From Nanobdellota archaeon (lineage in GTDB: Archaea > Nanobdellota > Nanobdellia > JAAOXT01), in assembly GCA_018221045.1 (NCBI GenBank), contig JAAOXT010000004.1:25117-89116 (forward strand): DNA of 64,000 nt. The letters are read 5' to 3'. The stretch's first letter is position 1; the number at the start of each line of letters is the position of its first letter. Below are positions 29,003 to 37,861 of the stretch, piece by piece. The position numbers and the translations under genes were made by a program. A model generated the notes under the pieces. The model was given only the letters and a program-made list of their open reading frames with translations. It was not told where the DNA came from and made no database searches.

Positions 29003-30013
29003 TTAGGCTTTCTTGACATTTATAAGATTATGTTTTCTTGTTATGACTCTGGCTTTAACGACTTTTCCTACTGACGGCTTGCAATCCAATATTTCCATTG
29101 ACCTTTCTTTGGCCACGCCTAAGGAGTTGTTGTTCATCCTGCCCGGCCCTTTTATTCTGGTTTGGATTATTTCTCCTTTTTTGAACGGGTTAGGTAATTG
29201 TTTGGATTTGTGAATGCCTAAGTGCTCTGCAGTCATGATTAACTGGATTTCGTGTTTTTTCTGGAGTTCTTCGAGTTTTTTGAAGAATTTTGGGAAGGGT
29301 ATTTGTTTTTTTTTGAGTGGTCTGCCGAACCTGTATTTGAGGTAGTTTTGCATCCCTATTTGCGCCCCTATTTTTTTAGCGTAAAGGATTAAGTCTTCTA
29401 TCTCGTCGTAGTTCACCCTGTCAATAATGACTGGGGCGAGCATGACTTTAATCCCTTTTTTGATTGCCAGCACGGTTATTTCAAGCACTTTTTGGAGGTC
29501 GTATTTTTTGGTTCCGCTCATCATCCGGGCTTTTTCTGGTTTGAGAGAGTTTATTGACACGCTTAGTCCTGTTAGTCCTGCATTGATTAAGTGTTTTAGG
29601 AGTTCTTCGTCTAATAAGACAGTGTTGGTTTGGATTATTGTTTTTTCAACGTTTTTTATTTTTGAGATTTGTTCAATCAAGTTGACGATGTCCGGGTGGG
29701 TTAGGGGTTCGCCCTGCCCGGATATGAAGATTTGGTAAGCGTCTTGTCCTTTGTACTCTAATAGTTTTTTGAGTTCTTTGGTGAGATAGTTTGTTTCCAC
29801 CATGTAGTCCGTGACCCTGGTTCGCGAGTTTTTGCCTTCGTCCACGCTGCAGAAAACGCAGTTCAGGTTGCAACCGCTTATCGGCCTGAGTTCTATCATG
29901 TTGGTTCCGCGGTCTATGATTCCGAAAGCGTTGTGACCCATTAGTGGAACCTTTGATTGTTCATCAATTATTAGGATGGGTCTGTTCGTGTACTTGTTTA
30001 GCAGGGTCTTCAT
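29003..30013 (-). CDS. Radical SAM protein with a C-terminal OB/TRAM-like tail
   Basis: CNLNCVFC (Cx3Cx2C) near the N-terminus, MoaA/NifB-like barrel length, and a basic beta-rich C-terminus. Confidence 0.75.
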   Translation of the reverse strand: MKTLLNKYTNRPILIIDEQSKVPLMGHNAFGIIDRGTNMIELRPISGCNLNCVFCSVDEGKNSRTRVTDYMVETNYLTKELKKLLEYKGQDAYQIFISGQGEPLTHPDIVNLIEQISKIKNVEKTIIQTNTVLLDEELLKHLINAGLTGLSVSINSLKPEKARMMSGTKKYDLQKVLEITVLAIKKGIKVMLAPVIIDRVNYDEIEDLILYAKKIGAQIGMQNYLKYRFGRPLKKKQIPFPKFFKKLEELQKKHEIQLIMTAEHLGIHKSKQLPNPFKKGEIIQTRIKGPGRMNNNSLGVAKERSMEILDCKPSVGKVVKARVITRKHNLINVKKA

Positions 30014-30657
30014 ACGTTGACAAGGGTTATTTTGGGGTCGTCGCTTAAGAATTTAATGCTTCCAATGTTATGAGCGTTTTCAGAAATGAATCCGACAATA
30101 TAATTATTAGGGTGGTCACCGGTTAATGATTCATGGAAATCCCTATAATCTCTTAACTGTTTAAAATGTTTTTCTGCATGTTTTTTAGTTTGTTTCAAGT
30201 CTTTTCTTGCTTCATACAAATCATATGACAAAAACGCGGTTGTGGCCGTGCTAATCGAAAATGCTCCTGAAAGTAGTGGTTCTAAACCCATTGCCGTGGA
30301 AAGGATGAATGTTGAGATTCCTGTAATGACTGGTATTGCTATCATTTTTTTGTCAAGTTTGTATTCCGTTATTTCTTTCTGAGGTACGGGTTGTTGGGTT
30401 TGGTCGTATAGGCTGACAAGCGTGTTCAGTGAAGATAAAACTGGAGTGAATTTTTCTGAAACGTCTGTTAAGTCTAGGTCGCGTTCCTTCCTTAACCTGA
30501 CGTGTATTTCCGGATTGTCGGTTTCAAGAATTTCCGGGAATCTTTTACGCTCTAGAAGGGGTTGCATTATTTCTTCAAGCCTGACTTCACTGCTATCATT
30601 TTCTCTCTTATGAGGCCACTGTGTGCCCCAAATCCAGAGTTCTAAATTATTATCCAT
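30010..30657 (-). CDS. Hypothetical membrane-associated protein
   Basis: 215 aa with two adjacent hydrophobic helices mid-protein. No family recognised. Confidence 0.45.
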   Translation of the reverse strand: MDNNLELWIWGTQWPHKRENDSSEVRLEEIMQPLLERKRFPEILETDNPEIHVRLRKERDLDLTDVSEKFTPVLSSLNTLVSLYDQTQQPVPQKEITEYKLDKKMIAIPVITGISTFILSTAMGLEPLLSGAFSISTATTAFLSYDLYEARKDLKQTKKHAEKHFKQLRDYRDFHESLTGDHPNNYIVGFISENAHNIGSIKFLSDDPKITLVNV

Positions 30658-30698
30658 TCTAAAAAAGGGTTTTGAGAGGGTTTATATCAATTTCGTTT

Positions 30699-31427
30699 TT
30701 AGGCTAAGTGTTTTTTGCACCAGGCAAGGATTAGTTCTTTCATTTCTTCCCTGCATGGTTTCAGGTCATGACCCGCTCCTTCAAGAACCCTTTTTTCAGC
30801 GTTTTCAGTGTTCTTGTAGAATTCAAGCATTTCTGTTAATGGGACTTTGTCATCTTCCGAGCCGTGAATGTAGAGGATTGGTGTTTTTATCTTCGATATT
30901 TTTTGGGTGAGGTCGTGTTTTTGCAAGTCTTTCCAAAAACCGGGTTTTATCTTTGTTATTTTTCCGCTAGATCTTTTCCTCCAAGAAATTCCTTCGGGAT
31001 TGTAATTCTCCCCAAACAAGTCCGCAAGAATTTTTTTCGGGTTGGATATTGAACCCATCATTATGAAGCACTTGGCTTTTGGAGCAACGATTATAGTTAC
31101 TGATGTTCCGAAGGATTGCGAGATTATGCAAAGGTTTTGCGAGTCTATTTTTTCAATAATGGTTCTAAGGTCTTGTCCTAGCTTTGTTAGAGTGATCTCG
31201 CTGTAGTCTCCTTGGCTTTGCCCGCACCCGCTGAAGTCAAATCTGTAAACAGTTATTCCTTGGTTTGCGAGGTTTTGAGCTATGTCATCGAACATTCCAC
31301 TTTCTTCTTTAGTTACCCCGAACCCGTGCACTAGAAGAACTATCCTATTCCCTTTTTCTGGAATTGTTTTTAACCCAACCAATTTTTCGTTATGTTGATT
31401 GTAAACACTTATCTTTTGTTCTTTCAT
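30699..31427 (-). CDS. Alpha/beta hydrolase
   Basis: LLVHGFG oxyanion region, nucleophile elbow SQSFG, and late GHD. Confidence 0.8.
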   Translation of the reverse strand: MKEQKISVYNQHNEKLVGLKTIPEKGNRIVLLVHGFGVTKEESGMFDDIAQNLANQGITVYRFDFSGCGQSQGDYSEITLTKLGQDLRTIIEKIDSQNLCIISQSFGTSVTIIVAPKAKCFIMMGSISNPKKILADLFGENYNPEGISWRKRSSGKITKIKPGFWKDLQKHDLTQKISKIKTPILYIHGSEDDKVPLTEMLEFYKNTENAEKRVLEGAGHDLKPCREEMKELILAWCKKHLA

Positions 31428-31432
31428 TTTTT

Positions 31433-32323
31433 TTAGAGGTTTTTCGCGATGAGTTCAGAAACATCGATTTTGTTGACTGGCGTGTTCAACGTGTTCGTGC
31501 ACGCGAGCTCGTCAACCGCTTCAAGCAGGTTTTCAATGCCTTCAGCGAACACTCCGTGAACGCACCCAGCTCTCACGCTTCTCGCCCCCGCTTCCCGCAA
31601 CACTTTTGCGGCTTCAATAACGGTTCCGCCCGTGGATATCATGTCGTCAAGCATTAGCACGTCCTTGCCTTTCACGGACAAGTTTTTCCCATCTATTTTC
31701 ACTTTTCTTGATGAAATCCTTGTCTTTTCCAAGTGGTCGAATCCGCACCCTATTATTTGTGCGGCTTTCTTCGCGTATTGCGACGCGCCTTTGTCTGGAG
31801 AGATTATGACCACGTTTTCTTTAACGAATTTTTCCTTGAAGTATTCTGTCACGATTGGGAACGCGTCCAAGTTGTTCAAGACCAGTTTTTGGTTTTGGAT
31901 GCCGAAGTATTGGCTTACGTCGTGTTCTCCTTCCTCGTTGAGGAAGTGGCAGTTCAAGGTTAGTATTCGGTCGGAATAATTGTCGATTTGTTTCAGAACT
32001 GTTTTCGCGCTAATCGCTTCTCCTGGTTTAGACCTCTTATCTTGACGGGCGTACCCTAGGTAGGGGACGACTGCTGTTATCTTTTTTGCTTTCATGTCTT
32101 TCAGCGCGTCTAAGATGAAGATTAATTCGATTAATTCGTCGTTGGTTCTTGTTGATTGGATTACAGTGCAGTCCCTGCCCTCAACGCTGGACAGGAGTCT
32201 AACGTAGATCTCGTTGTCAGGAAACCTTTTCACGAATAGTTCTCCTAGCTCGTATCGCGCGTGTCGCGCAACTCTTTCAGCTAGGTTTTGGTAGTTGCTT
32301 CCCCCGAAGATTATTGCGTTCAT
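31433..32323 (-). CDS. prs: Ribose-phosphate pyrophosphokinase
   Basis: PRPP-binding loop DDMISTGGT. About 290 aa. Confidence 0.9.
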   Translation of the reverse strand: MNAIIFGGSNYQNLAERVARHARYELGELFVKRFPDNEIYVRLLSSVEGRDCTVIQSTRTNDELIELIFILDALKDMKAKKITAVVPYLGYARQDKRSKPGEAISAKTVLKQIDNYSDRILTLNCHFLNEEGEHDVSQYFGIQNQKLVLNNLDAFPIVTEYFKEKFVKENVVIISPDKGASQYAKKAAQIIGCGFDHLEKTRISSRKVKIDGKNLSVKGKDVLMLDDMISTGGTVIEAAKVLREAGARSVRAGCVHGVFAEGIENLLEAVDELACTNTLNTPVNKIDVSELIAKNL

Positions 32324-34161
32324 TTTCTTTTGTATAGTCTTATCGAAAATATCATTCCGAGCATGAAGCCGATTAAGATTAGTGCTGATGAACTAAGTAT
32401 TTGCTGGCTTAACGCGTCATCGCTTGACTTCACTATTTTTATTTCTTGTCTTTTGATTATTTCGCCGGTTTGAGCTGCGTTGAGAAGGTCTTCGCTGATG
32501 TCTGCGAAATGTTTTGAAAAGGACAGGTAGATTAAAGCTGTTTCAGGTTGTTCTGCCTCGAATTGCTTTGAGTATTCTTTATATGACATGGCGAGTATGG
32601 GGAGCAAACCTTTTTGCCTGGCAGAATTGATGGATTGGGTGGCGTCTTGTTTCTTATCCTCCAGCACTTGACTCATTTGTGCCGCGTCCATCGTGCTAGT
32701 GTCAAGGATTAAGTTGGATAACGCTATCGCTTGGGTTGACTCAAATATTGAGAAAACGTGTTTTCCAGTTTTTATGGCGTCTTCAGATTTCTGCAAGTGC
32801 TCTGCCACGCCAGGCGTAGGGCCATAAATCGTGTTGGCGTACGTCATCGAGTCCCTGGCTTGTCTCAGTCTCTCGTACGCGAATGCCTCTAACTTTCTGG
32901 TATCAAATGTCACGCTCAAGTTGCCTGGTTCCGAGCCTATCATCTCGTACCACGTTTCAGCTGTTACTTTGCGGACTTCAGCGAAACTTGTTTCGTAAAG
33001 GGCGTCCACGTAACCATCGTTATAATAGTACTTGTAAGCTTCTTCCATGGTTTGCTCAGCTTCTCTTATGCGGTCAGTGCTGACTGTTAAAAGTTCTATG
33101 TCGTAAAGACTTGTTAGCGTGATGTTGCCCTCAACCTTTTTTTCAGTGATTTTTATTTCGTCGTTGACCTTATCAATTATTGATTTAACGAAGATTTTTT
33201 GAGAGTCTGTTCCAAGATAATCAACATAATTGTTGTGAAACTTGAGTGTTATAGACGCCCTGACAGCATAACTTGCGGCGGAGTAGTACTCGCCCAAGTT
33301 ATACAAGCTTTGAGCTAAGAGCAACAAACTTTTTTGTTCGCTCACAGCGGTGTTCAACTCCTGTGATTGAGCGTATGTTAGGGCAACGTTTTCTTTTTTG
33401 TCTTCAACTATTTGCAGTTCTTGCAGGCTTATTGATAACAGTTTTTGGGACATGTTTTTCATGAGTCTTTCGTAAACCTGGCTGCTCTTGGTTTCAGGAA
33501 TTTTTTCTTGTATTATTTCGTAACCGGTTAAGTGTTTGTAAACTTCTTTAACGTTTTTCACTTCTATGATGCTGACCCTCCAATTCTTTTTCGCGTAATC
33601 AGTTAGGTCGAGTGTTTGAGTGGTTGCTCCTTCTTCTAGGTAGATGATGGATTGTCCTTTAGGTATTAAGAATTTGGTTGCTCCGCCTTCGTACGCGGCC
33701 TCGGTTTTCGTGAGTATACTTCCCACTCTGCCCACGCTGCCGTCAGGGTTTATGGTGCCCGTGAGCATTACTGATTCGTTCACCGTCTTGTTAGTAAAAG
33801 CTGCTAGCGTGGCGCCAGCCAGGCTTGCTCCCGCGCTCGGCCCCCCAACTATTGGGGCGTGAGACCTTATTATGTAAAAGAAGTCGTATTCGTTGCAGTT
33901 AAGGTTTAGCGTGTTGCAGGACACTTCTTTAGCAAGTCTAGCGCTCGCTTGAGTGTCCACTTCGGTGAGGGGCATTGTGTCCACGAAGACTCTGCCAGAC
34001 CCGTTGTGCACTTCCACTTCTACTGTGGCGAGTATGCCTTTGTAACCAGTATCCGTGGCTCTGACTCCTGGAAGCTGGGTCGTGGCTTTTCCTATTAGTT
34101 CTGCTTGCACGGGGCTTAACAGGAGAAGTGTTGTTAGAATGATAAATGTTTTTTTCAGCAT
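32320..34161 (-). CDS. Secreted/membrane-anchored Lon-like (S16) serine protease, COG1750-type
   Basis: Signal peptide, GGPSAGASLAGATL catalytic-Ser motif, a long helical domain and a C-terminal TM helix. Confidence 0.7.
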   Translation of the reverse strand: MLKKTFIILTTLLLLSPVQAELIGKATTQLPGVRATDTGYKGILATVEVEVHNGSGRVFVDTMPLTEVDTQASARLAKEVSCNTLNLNCNEYDFFYIIRSHAPIVGGPSAGASLAGATLAAFTNKTVNESVMLTGTINPDGSVGRVGSILTKTEAAYEGGATKFLIPKGQSIIYLEEGATTQTLDLTDYAKKNWRVSIIEVKNVKEVYKHLTGYEIIQEKIPETKSSQVYERLMKNMSQKLLSISLQELQIVEDKKENVALTYAQSQELNTAVSEQKSLLLLAQSLYNLGEYYSAASYAVRASITLKFHNNYVDYLGTDSQKIFVKSIIDKVNDEIKITEKKVEGNITLTSLYDIELLTVSTDRIREAEQTMEEAYKYYYNDGYVDALYETSFAEVRKVTAETWYEMIGSEPGNLSVTFDTRKLEAFAYERLRQARDSMTYANTIYGPTPGVAEHLQKSEDAIKTGKHVFSIFESTQAIALSNLILDTSTMDAAQMSQVLEDKKQDATQSINSARQKGLLPILAMSYKEYSKQFEAEQPETALIYLSFSKHFADISEDLLNAAQTGEIIKRQEIKIVKSSDDALSQQILSSSALILIGFMLGMIFSIRLYKRK

Positions 34162-34309
34162 GTTTATCAGTTATGTTTTTGTTTTTATTAAAATTGTCGC
34201 CTCAGACGTCACTTTCACTCCATTTAATTTTTTGGAGTCCGCCCATTTAATCCTCATCGGCAACTAGTTTAGAGAATTGCTTTTGGGTTTTTTAAATTTT
34301 CGTTTGGGT

Positions 34310-34825
34310 TTAGGGGCGTATCCACCCTATTTCGTAGTATGTTATGCTTGATTCATCGTCAACTATGGCTATTATCAGTTTTTTTTTGACGCTGTGAGCA
34401 ACCCTGTTCATGGCAGCGAATTTTTGCCAGTTGTAAGCGTCTTTTTCGCTGACGCAGTATAGAAGCCATTTAGCGTGGCTTTTCCCCAGCTTGGCTCCGC
34501 GCTCGTAAAGCCTGTAATCAGCCCCGTACTTCAACCCGGTTTTTACGATGTAACCTCTGGTTCGCATATCTCTAAAAACAGAGTATTTAGTCCAGAAGTT
34601 CGGAAACTTTTTTTTAGCTTTTTTCACAAGTTTTTGCAAGTCCAAAGGTTTTTTTTTACTGTCAATTATTCTTATCTTTTTTTTTTCCATAAGGTAGAAT
34701 GCTTCTTCTAACGAGAGTTCTAATCTGTCCTCAATTATTTTTCCGAAAACGCTTCTATCATAGAATGCTTTGGCTTTCGGGTCTTCCAAGACCACTTTAT
34801 CTCCTGTTAAGAAACCATTAATCAT
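34310..34825 (-). CDS. endA: tRNA-splicing endonuclease
   Basis: GLKYGADYRLYERG...SHAKWLLYCV catalytic-domain pattern. 171 aa. Confidence 0.85.
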   Translation of the reverse strand: MINGFLTGDKVVLEDPKAKAFYDRSVFGKIIEDRLELSLEEAFYLMEKKKIRIIDSKKKPLDLQKLVKKAKKKFPNFWTKYSVFRDMRTRGYIVKTGLKYGADYRLYERGAKLGKSHAKWLLYCVSEKDAYNWQKFAAMNRVAHSVKKKLIIAIVDDESSITYYEIGWIRP

Positions 34826-34844
34826 AACAGAATCAATCTTAGCT

Positions 34845-37076
34845 TCACACTTTTTTAAAGTAGTCGGTATAAGGCTTTACTTGTTTTGGGCTAAGGTTTT
34901 CTTTTAGGCCAAGCACTTTTTTTCTGAGGTCGCTCATCACTTTCTTGGTTTTTTGTTTTTCATCATGCTTGGTTGCAGATTTTTTCCAGTAATCATAAAC
35001 TTTTGTTTCCCTTCCCCTCATGTACATCCATCCACCGATTAAGCCGCCCACGATTATTACAATGATTACAGGTACTCCTGCGCTAGCAACGTTCACGAAC
35101 TGGCCTGTTAAACCATTGCTTTTGGACTGAACAGTTATTTGTTTAGCACCCATGAGTTTTCCTTCTTCGTAAACGCTTATCGTCGTGTCGTGGAATCCTG
35201 GGCCGAGGTTGTTTATCCTTATCTTGAATTGAACGGATTGACCGCGAAAAATTGTTTCCTCGTTTCCTGGCAGGAGTGTGAAAGAGTCTTTTGGTAAACC
35301 CGTCACTTGGATTTGGTACTTTCTCGTAACGTCTTCCGCGTTCTTAACCACGAAATCGTAATCAATGACTTCTCCTTCGAAGAAGAGTTCATTGGTTTCA
35401 GGGAATGTTACGACGCTTGATTCTTGCACGGTTTTCACGTTGACCAAATACCTTTTTTCTTGGCAAGTTTCAACGTGAGCTGAGCAGACTTTGATTGTTA
35501 TGGTGTTCTCTCCTGTCACTTCATACTGGTTTGGGGCGTGAACAGTCACGGTAATCGTTTTGTGCTCTCCTTGGTTGAGACCGAATTTTGGTGGGAGATC
35601 TAAATAAGGCCAATCCGCTTCCACAGTGTATGAATCGTTATTGCCTATGTTGAACAGGACGAAGGATAGGTTTAGTTTGTTTCCTTGTTCCATCTCGTTT
35701 CTGTAAGGGGATGACTCGACTAGGAAGAAATTGTATACTGGTGTTTGCACTGTTATGTTAGTTTTCGCTATGAAACTATAATCTTTTGATGTTGCAGTGA
35801 ACGTTAATTCTAGTTCGTTGTTCTCAACGTATCCTGGAAGGTATATGTAGAACGGAATGTTTTTTGTCTGACCTTTTGTCAAACTTATGACTCCAGTGGT
35901 TCCTAAAACCCCGCTGGAGTAACCGTATTCCACGGTTATTTGTTCGTCGAAATCCCCTCTGTTTTTGAGTTGTATCGTCCCGTTTAAGAATTCGCTTATA
36001 AAGTAAACATCTTTTTCCACGGTTACTCCTTCTATGGTGAAGTAATGGGTTTTCTCTTTTTCTTCAATGTTCAGGTAAACAGTTTTTTCAGCGGTTTTTC
36101 CCGCGTACTCTACTCTTAAAGTAAAACTGGTCTGGCTTAATGTCGAGTTTGATGGAACCGTGACCACAATGTTTATTTTGCCTGTTTCCCCGGGTTTTAG
36201 CGTGATTTTTTCTTCACTGATTGAAGCATGGTCTTTCAGGTCGCCTGAGATTATTGATAGTGAGAACTCTGTTGTAAGGCTTCCCGCATTCTTAATAGTT
36301 ATTGGAACCGGATTTATGGTTTCTTTTCTTATCACTTCCTCTTGACACGTTATTTCAGCGTCGTAATAATTAGAATAATCTTTTGTGCCTTTCATGAAGA
36401 AAGCGTAATCTGGTAAGGATTCTCCTCCCGGATAACCTGCTGTGACAACGATTATGTTGGCTCCCGTGTTTACGTTCAAATCGTTGAAATCCATTATGGA
36501 TTCCACGTACTTGGTCTCGCTCGCCTCTAAATTAATGGTTTGGGTTTGTTCTTCTCCGTTGCCAATGAATGTGAGGTTGATTGTTTGAGCGTAATCTTTT
36601 TCGTTAGTCAGTTTTAGGTTTGAGTGAAAATCGTGATTGTCCAGCCACGTGCTCAATATTTTTATGGTCACGTTTCTTTCAGTGTTTTGAAGGGTTAATT
36701 GTCTGGAATAATGAATTAATCCATCTATTTTAACGGTTATAAAATAGGTTTCTCCTTCATCAAAATCGTCTGTTTCTATTTTTGCTATGAAAGCTCCTGT
36801 GCTTAACGCTTTGTCGTTGCCGTCATCAGCGTGGAATTGCGGGTCCAAGTTTCTGATGTGGTCCCCGTCCCCATCGGTTATTTCTATCTCAAATCTGTCC
36901 GGGCTAGTGGATTCTGATAAATTGTTGTTATCTATTCTTCCCCACAACAACAAGTACTCGTCCTCGCCAACAATTGAAGGACTTGCCCTAACGTTTTCCA
37001 CATCATAATCTGCAGCCATAACTGTGCAGAACAGGAACGCTACAAGTACTGTGGTTATTATTAATCGTAGTTTCAT
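34845..37076 (-). CDS. Surface protein with repeated CARDB/S-layer-like beta domains, signal peptide and C-terminal TM anchor
   Basis: MKLRLIITTVLVAFLFCTVMA signal peptide. Recurring xxKNxGxxxxxxxxxV strands (ITIKNAGSLT, LKNRGDFD, LFNIGNND, VVKNAEDV, INNLGPGF). C-terminal anchor VPVIIVIIVGGLIGGW. The track ORF start 37271 reads through tRNA-Arg and is rejected; ATG 37127 is an alternative. Confidence 0.65.
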   Translation of the reverse strand: MKLRLIITTVLVAFLFCTVMAADYDVENVRASPSIVGEDEYLLLWGRIDNNNLSESTSPDRFEIEITDGDGDHIRNLDPQFHADDGNDKALSTGAFIAKIETDDFDEGETYFITVKIDGLIHYSRQLTLQNTERNVTIKILSTWLDNHDFHSNLKLTNEKDYAQTINLTFIGNGEEQTQTINLEASETKYVESIMDFNDLNVNTGANIIVVTAGYPGGESLPDYAFFMKGTKDYSNYYDAEITCQEEVIRKETINPVPITIKNAGSLTTEFSLSIISGDLKDHASISEEKITLKPGETGKINIVVTVPSNSTLSQTSFTLRVEYAGKTAEKTVYLNIEEKEKTHYFTIEGVTVEKDVYFISEFLNGTIQLKNRGDFDEQITVEYGYSSGVLGTTGVISLTKGQTKNIPFYIYLPGYVENNELELTFTATSKDYSFIAKTNITVQTPVYNFFLVESSPYRNEMEQGNKLNLSFVLFNIGNNDSYTVEADWPYLDLPPKFGLNQGEHKTITVTVHAPNQYEVTGENTITIKVCSAHVETCQEKRYLVNVKTVQESSVVTFPETNELFFEGEVIDYDFVVKNAEDVTRKYQIQVTGLPKDSFTLLPGNEETIFRGQSVQFKIRINNLGPGFHDTTISVYEEGKLMGAKQITVQSKSNGLTGQFVNVASAGVPVIIVIIVGGLIGGWMYMRGRETKVYDYWKKSATKHDEKQKTKKVMSDLRKKVLGLKENLSPKQVKPYTDYFKKV

Positions 37077-37183
37077 TATCGTGTTTGAAAAGGATTCGAA
37101 AAGGTTTTTTAAACGTTTTGATTTCATTATTTTAAAGGTAAAAAGGTTTAAAAACCTTGCAAAAGAATTAAATGTTTTGACAG

Positions 37184-37258
37184 GGACCCGTGGCGCAGCC
37201 TGGATAGCGCGACAGCCTTCTAAGCTGTATGTCGGGGGTTCAAATCCCTCCGGGTCCA
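37184..37258 (+). tRNA. tRNA-Arg (UCU)
   Basis: Hand-folded. Acceptor GGACCCG/CGGGTCC. D arm GCGC/GCGC. Anticodon stem ACAGC/GCTGT with loop CTTCTAA. T arm GGGGG-TTCAAAT-CCCTC. Confidence 0.9.
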
Positions 37259-37314
37259 TATTATGGAACAATTCAAAGAATTGTGGGGTTTAACAATTCC
37301 TTATCTAAAAAAAG

Positions 37315-37821
37315 GTGTTAGAAAATTTTGTTCTCCACTCTAAATCAGTTACCAAGGCAATGGAATTACTTCTAAAAAAAGAGAAAGGTGATAGAAACAT
37401 ACTGGTTCCTGCAGCGATAGTTCATGATATTGGATGGGCTAAAGTTCCAATAAAACTGCAAAGAAGCCAAAATGAAGAGGATAGGATTGAAGCATTAAAG
37501 TTACACATAAAGTATGCGCCCGAAATAATCTCAAAGATTTTGGGCGGTTTAGGTTATAAAAAAGAAAGAATTGAAAAAATAATTGATATTGTCGTAGCTC
37601 ATAAGTTTCAAAACCCTGAAGAACTTGACAAAAGATTGTTGATTGATGCAGATACTCTGTCAGACTGTTTCAAAGAAGATTTTTATTCAAATGTTAAAGC
37701 ATATGGGGAAACTCCCAAAAAACATTGGAGGTCTTGGATGAAGAATAATCGGTTTTATACTTCAACTGCAAAAAAAATATTTGATGAAGAAATGAAAAAA
37801 AGAATTCTTGATTTTTTGTAA
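37315..37821 (+). CDS. HD-domain phosphohydrolase
   Basis: AAIVHDIGW (HD) and a later HK/D motif. The track start is GTG 37315. See the finding on the A7 tract for a possible longer N-terminus starting at ATG 37263. Confidence 0.75.
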   Translation: MLENFVLHSKSVTKAMELLLKKEKGDRNILVPAAIVHDIGWAKVPIKLQRSQNEEDRIEALKLHIKYAPEIISKILGGLGYKKERIEKIIDIVVAHKFQNPEELDKRLLIDADTLSDCFKEDFYSNVKAYGETPKKHWRSWMKNNRFYTSTAKKIFDEEMKKRILDFL

Positions 37822-37861
37822 TAGTAAGTTTTTTAATTCTTGGTTTGCGTTATTTGTAGTT

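Noticed and set aside
37077-37271. N-terminal extension of the 808-aa ORF (MFHNMDPEGFEPPTYSLEGCRAIQAAP...)
   Set aside because: This segment is the reverse-strand translation of tRNA-Arg. A proper signal peptide begins at ATG 37076.
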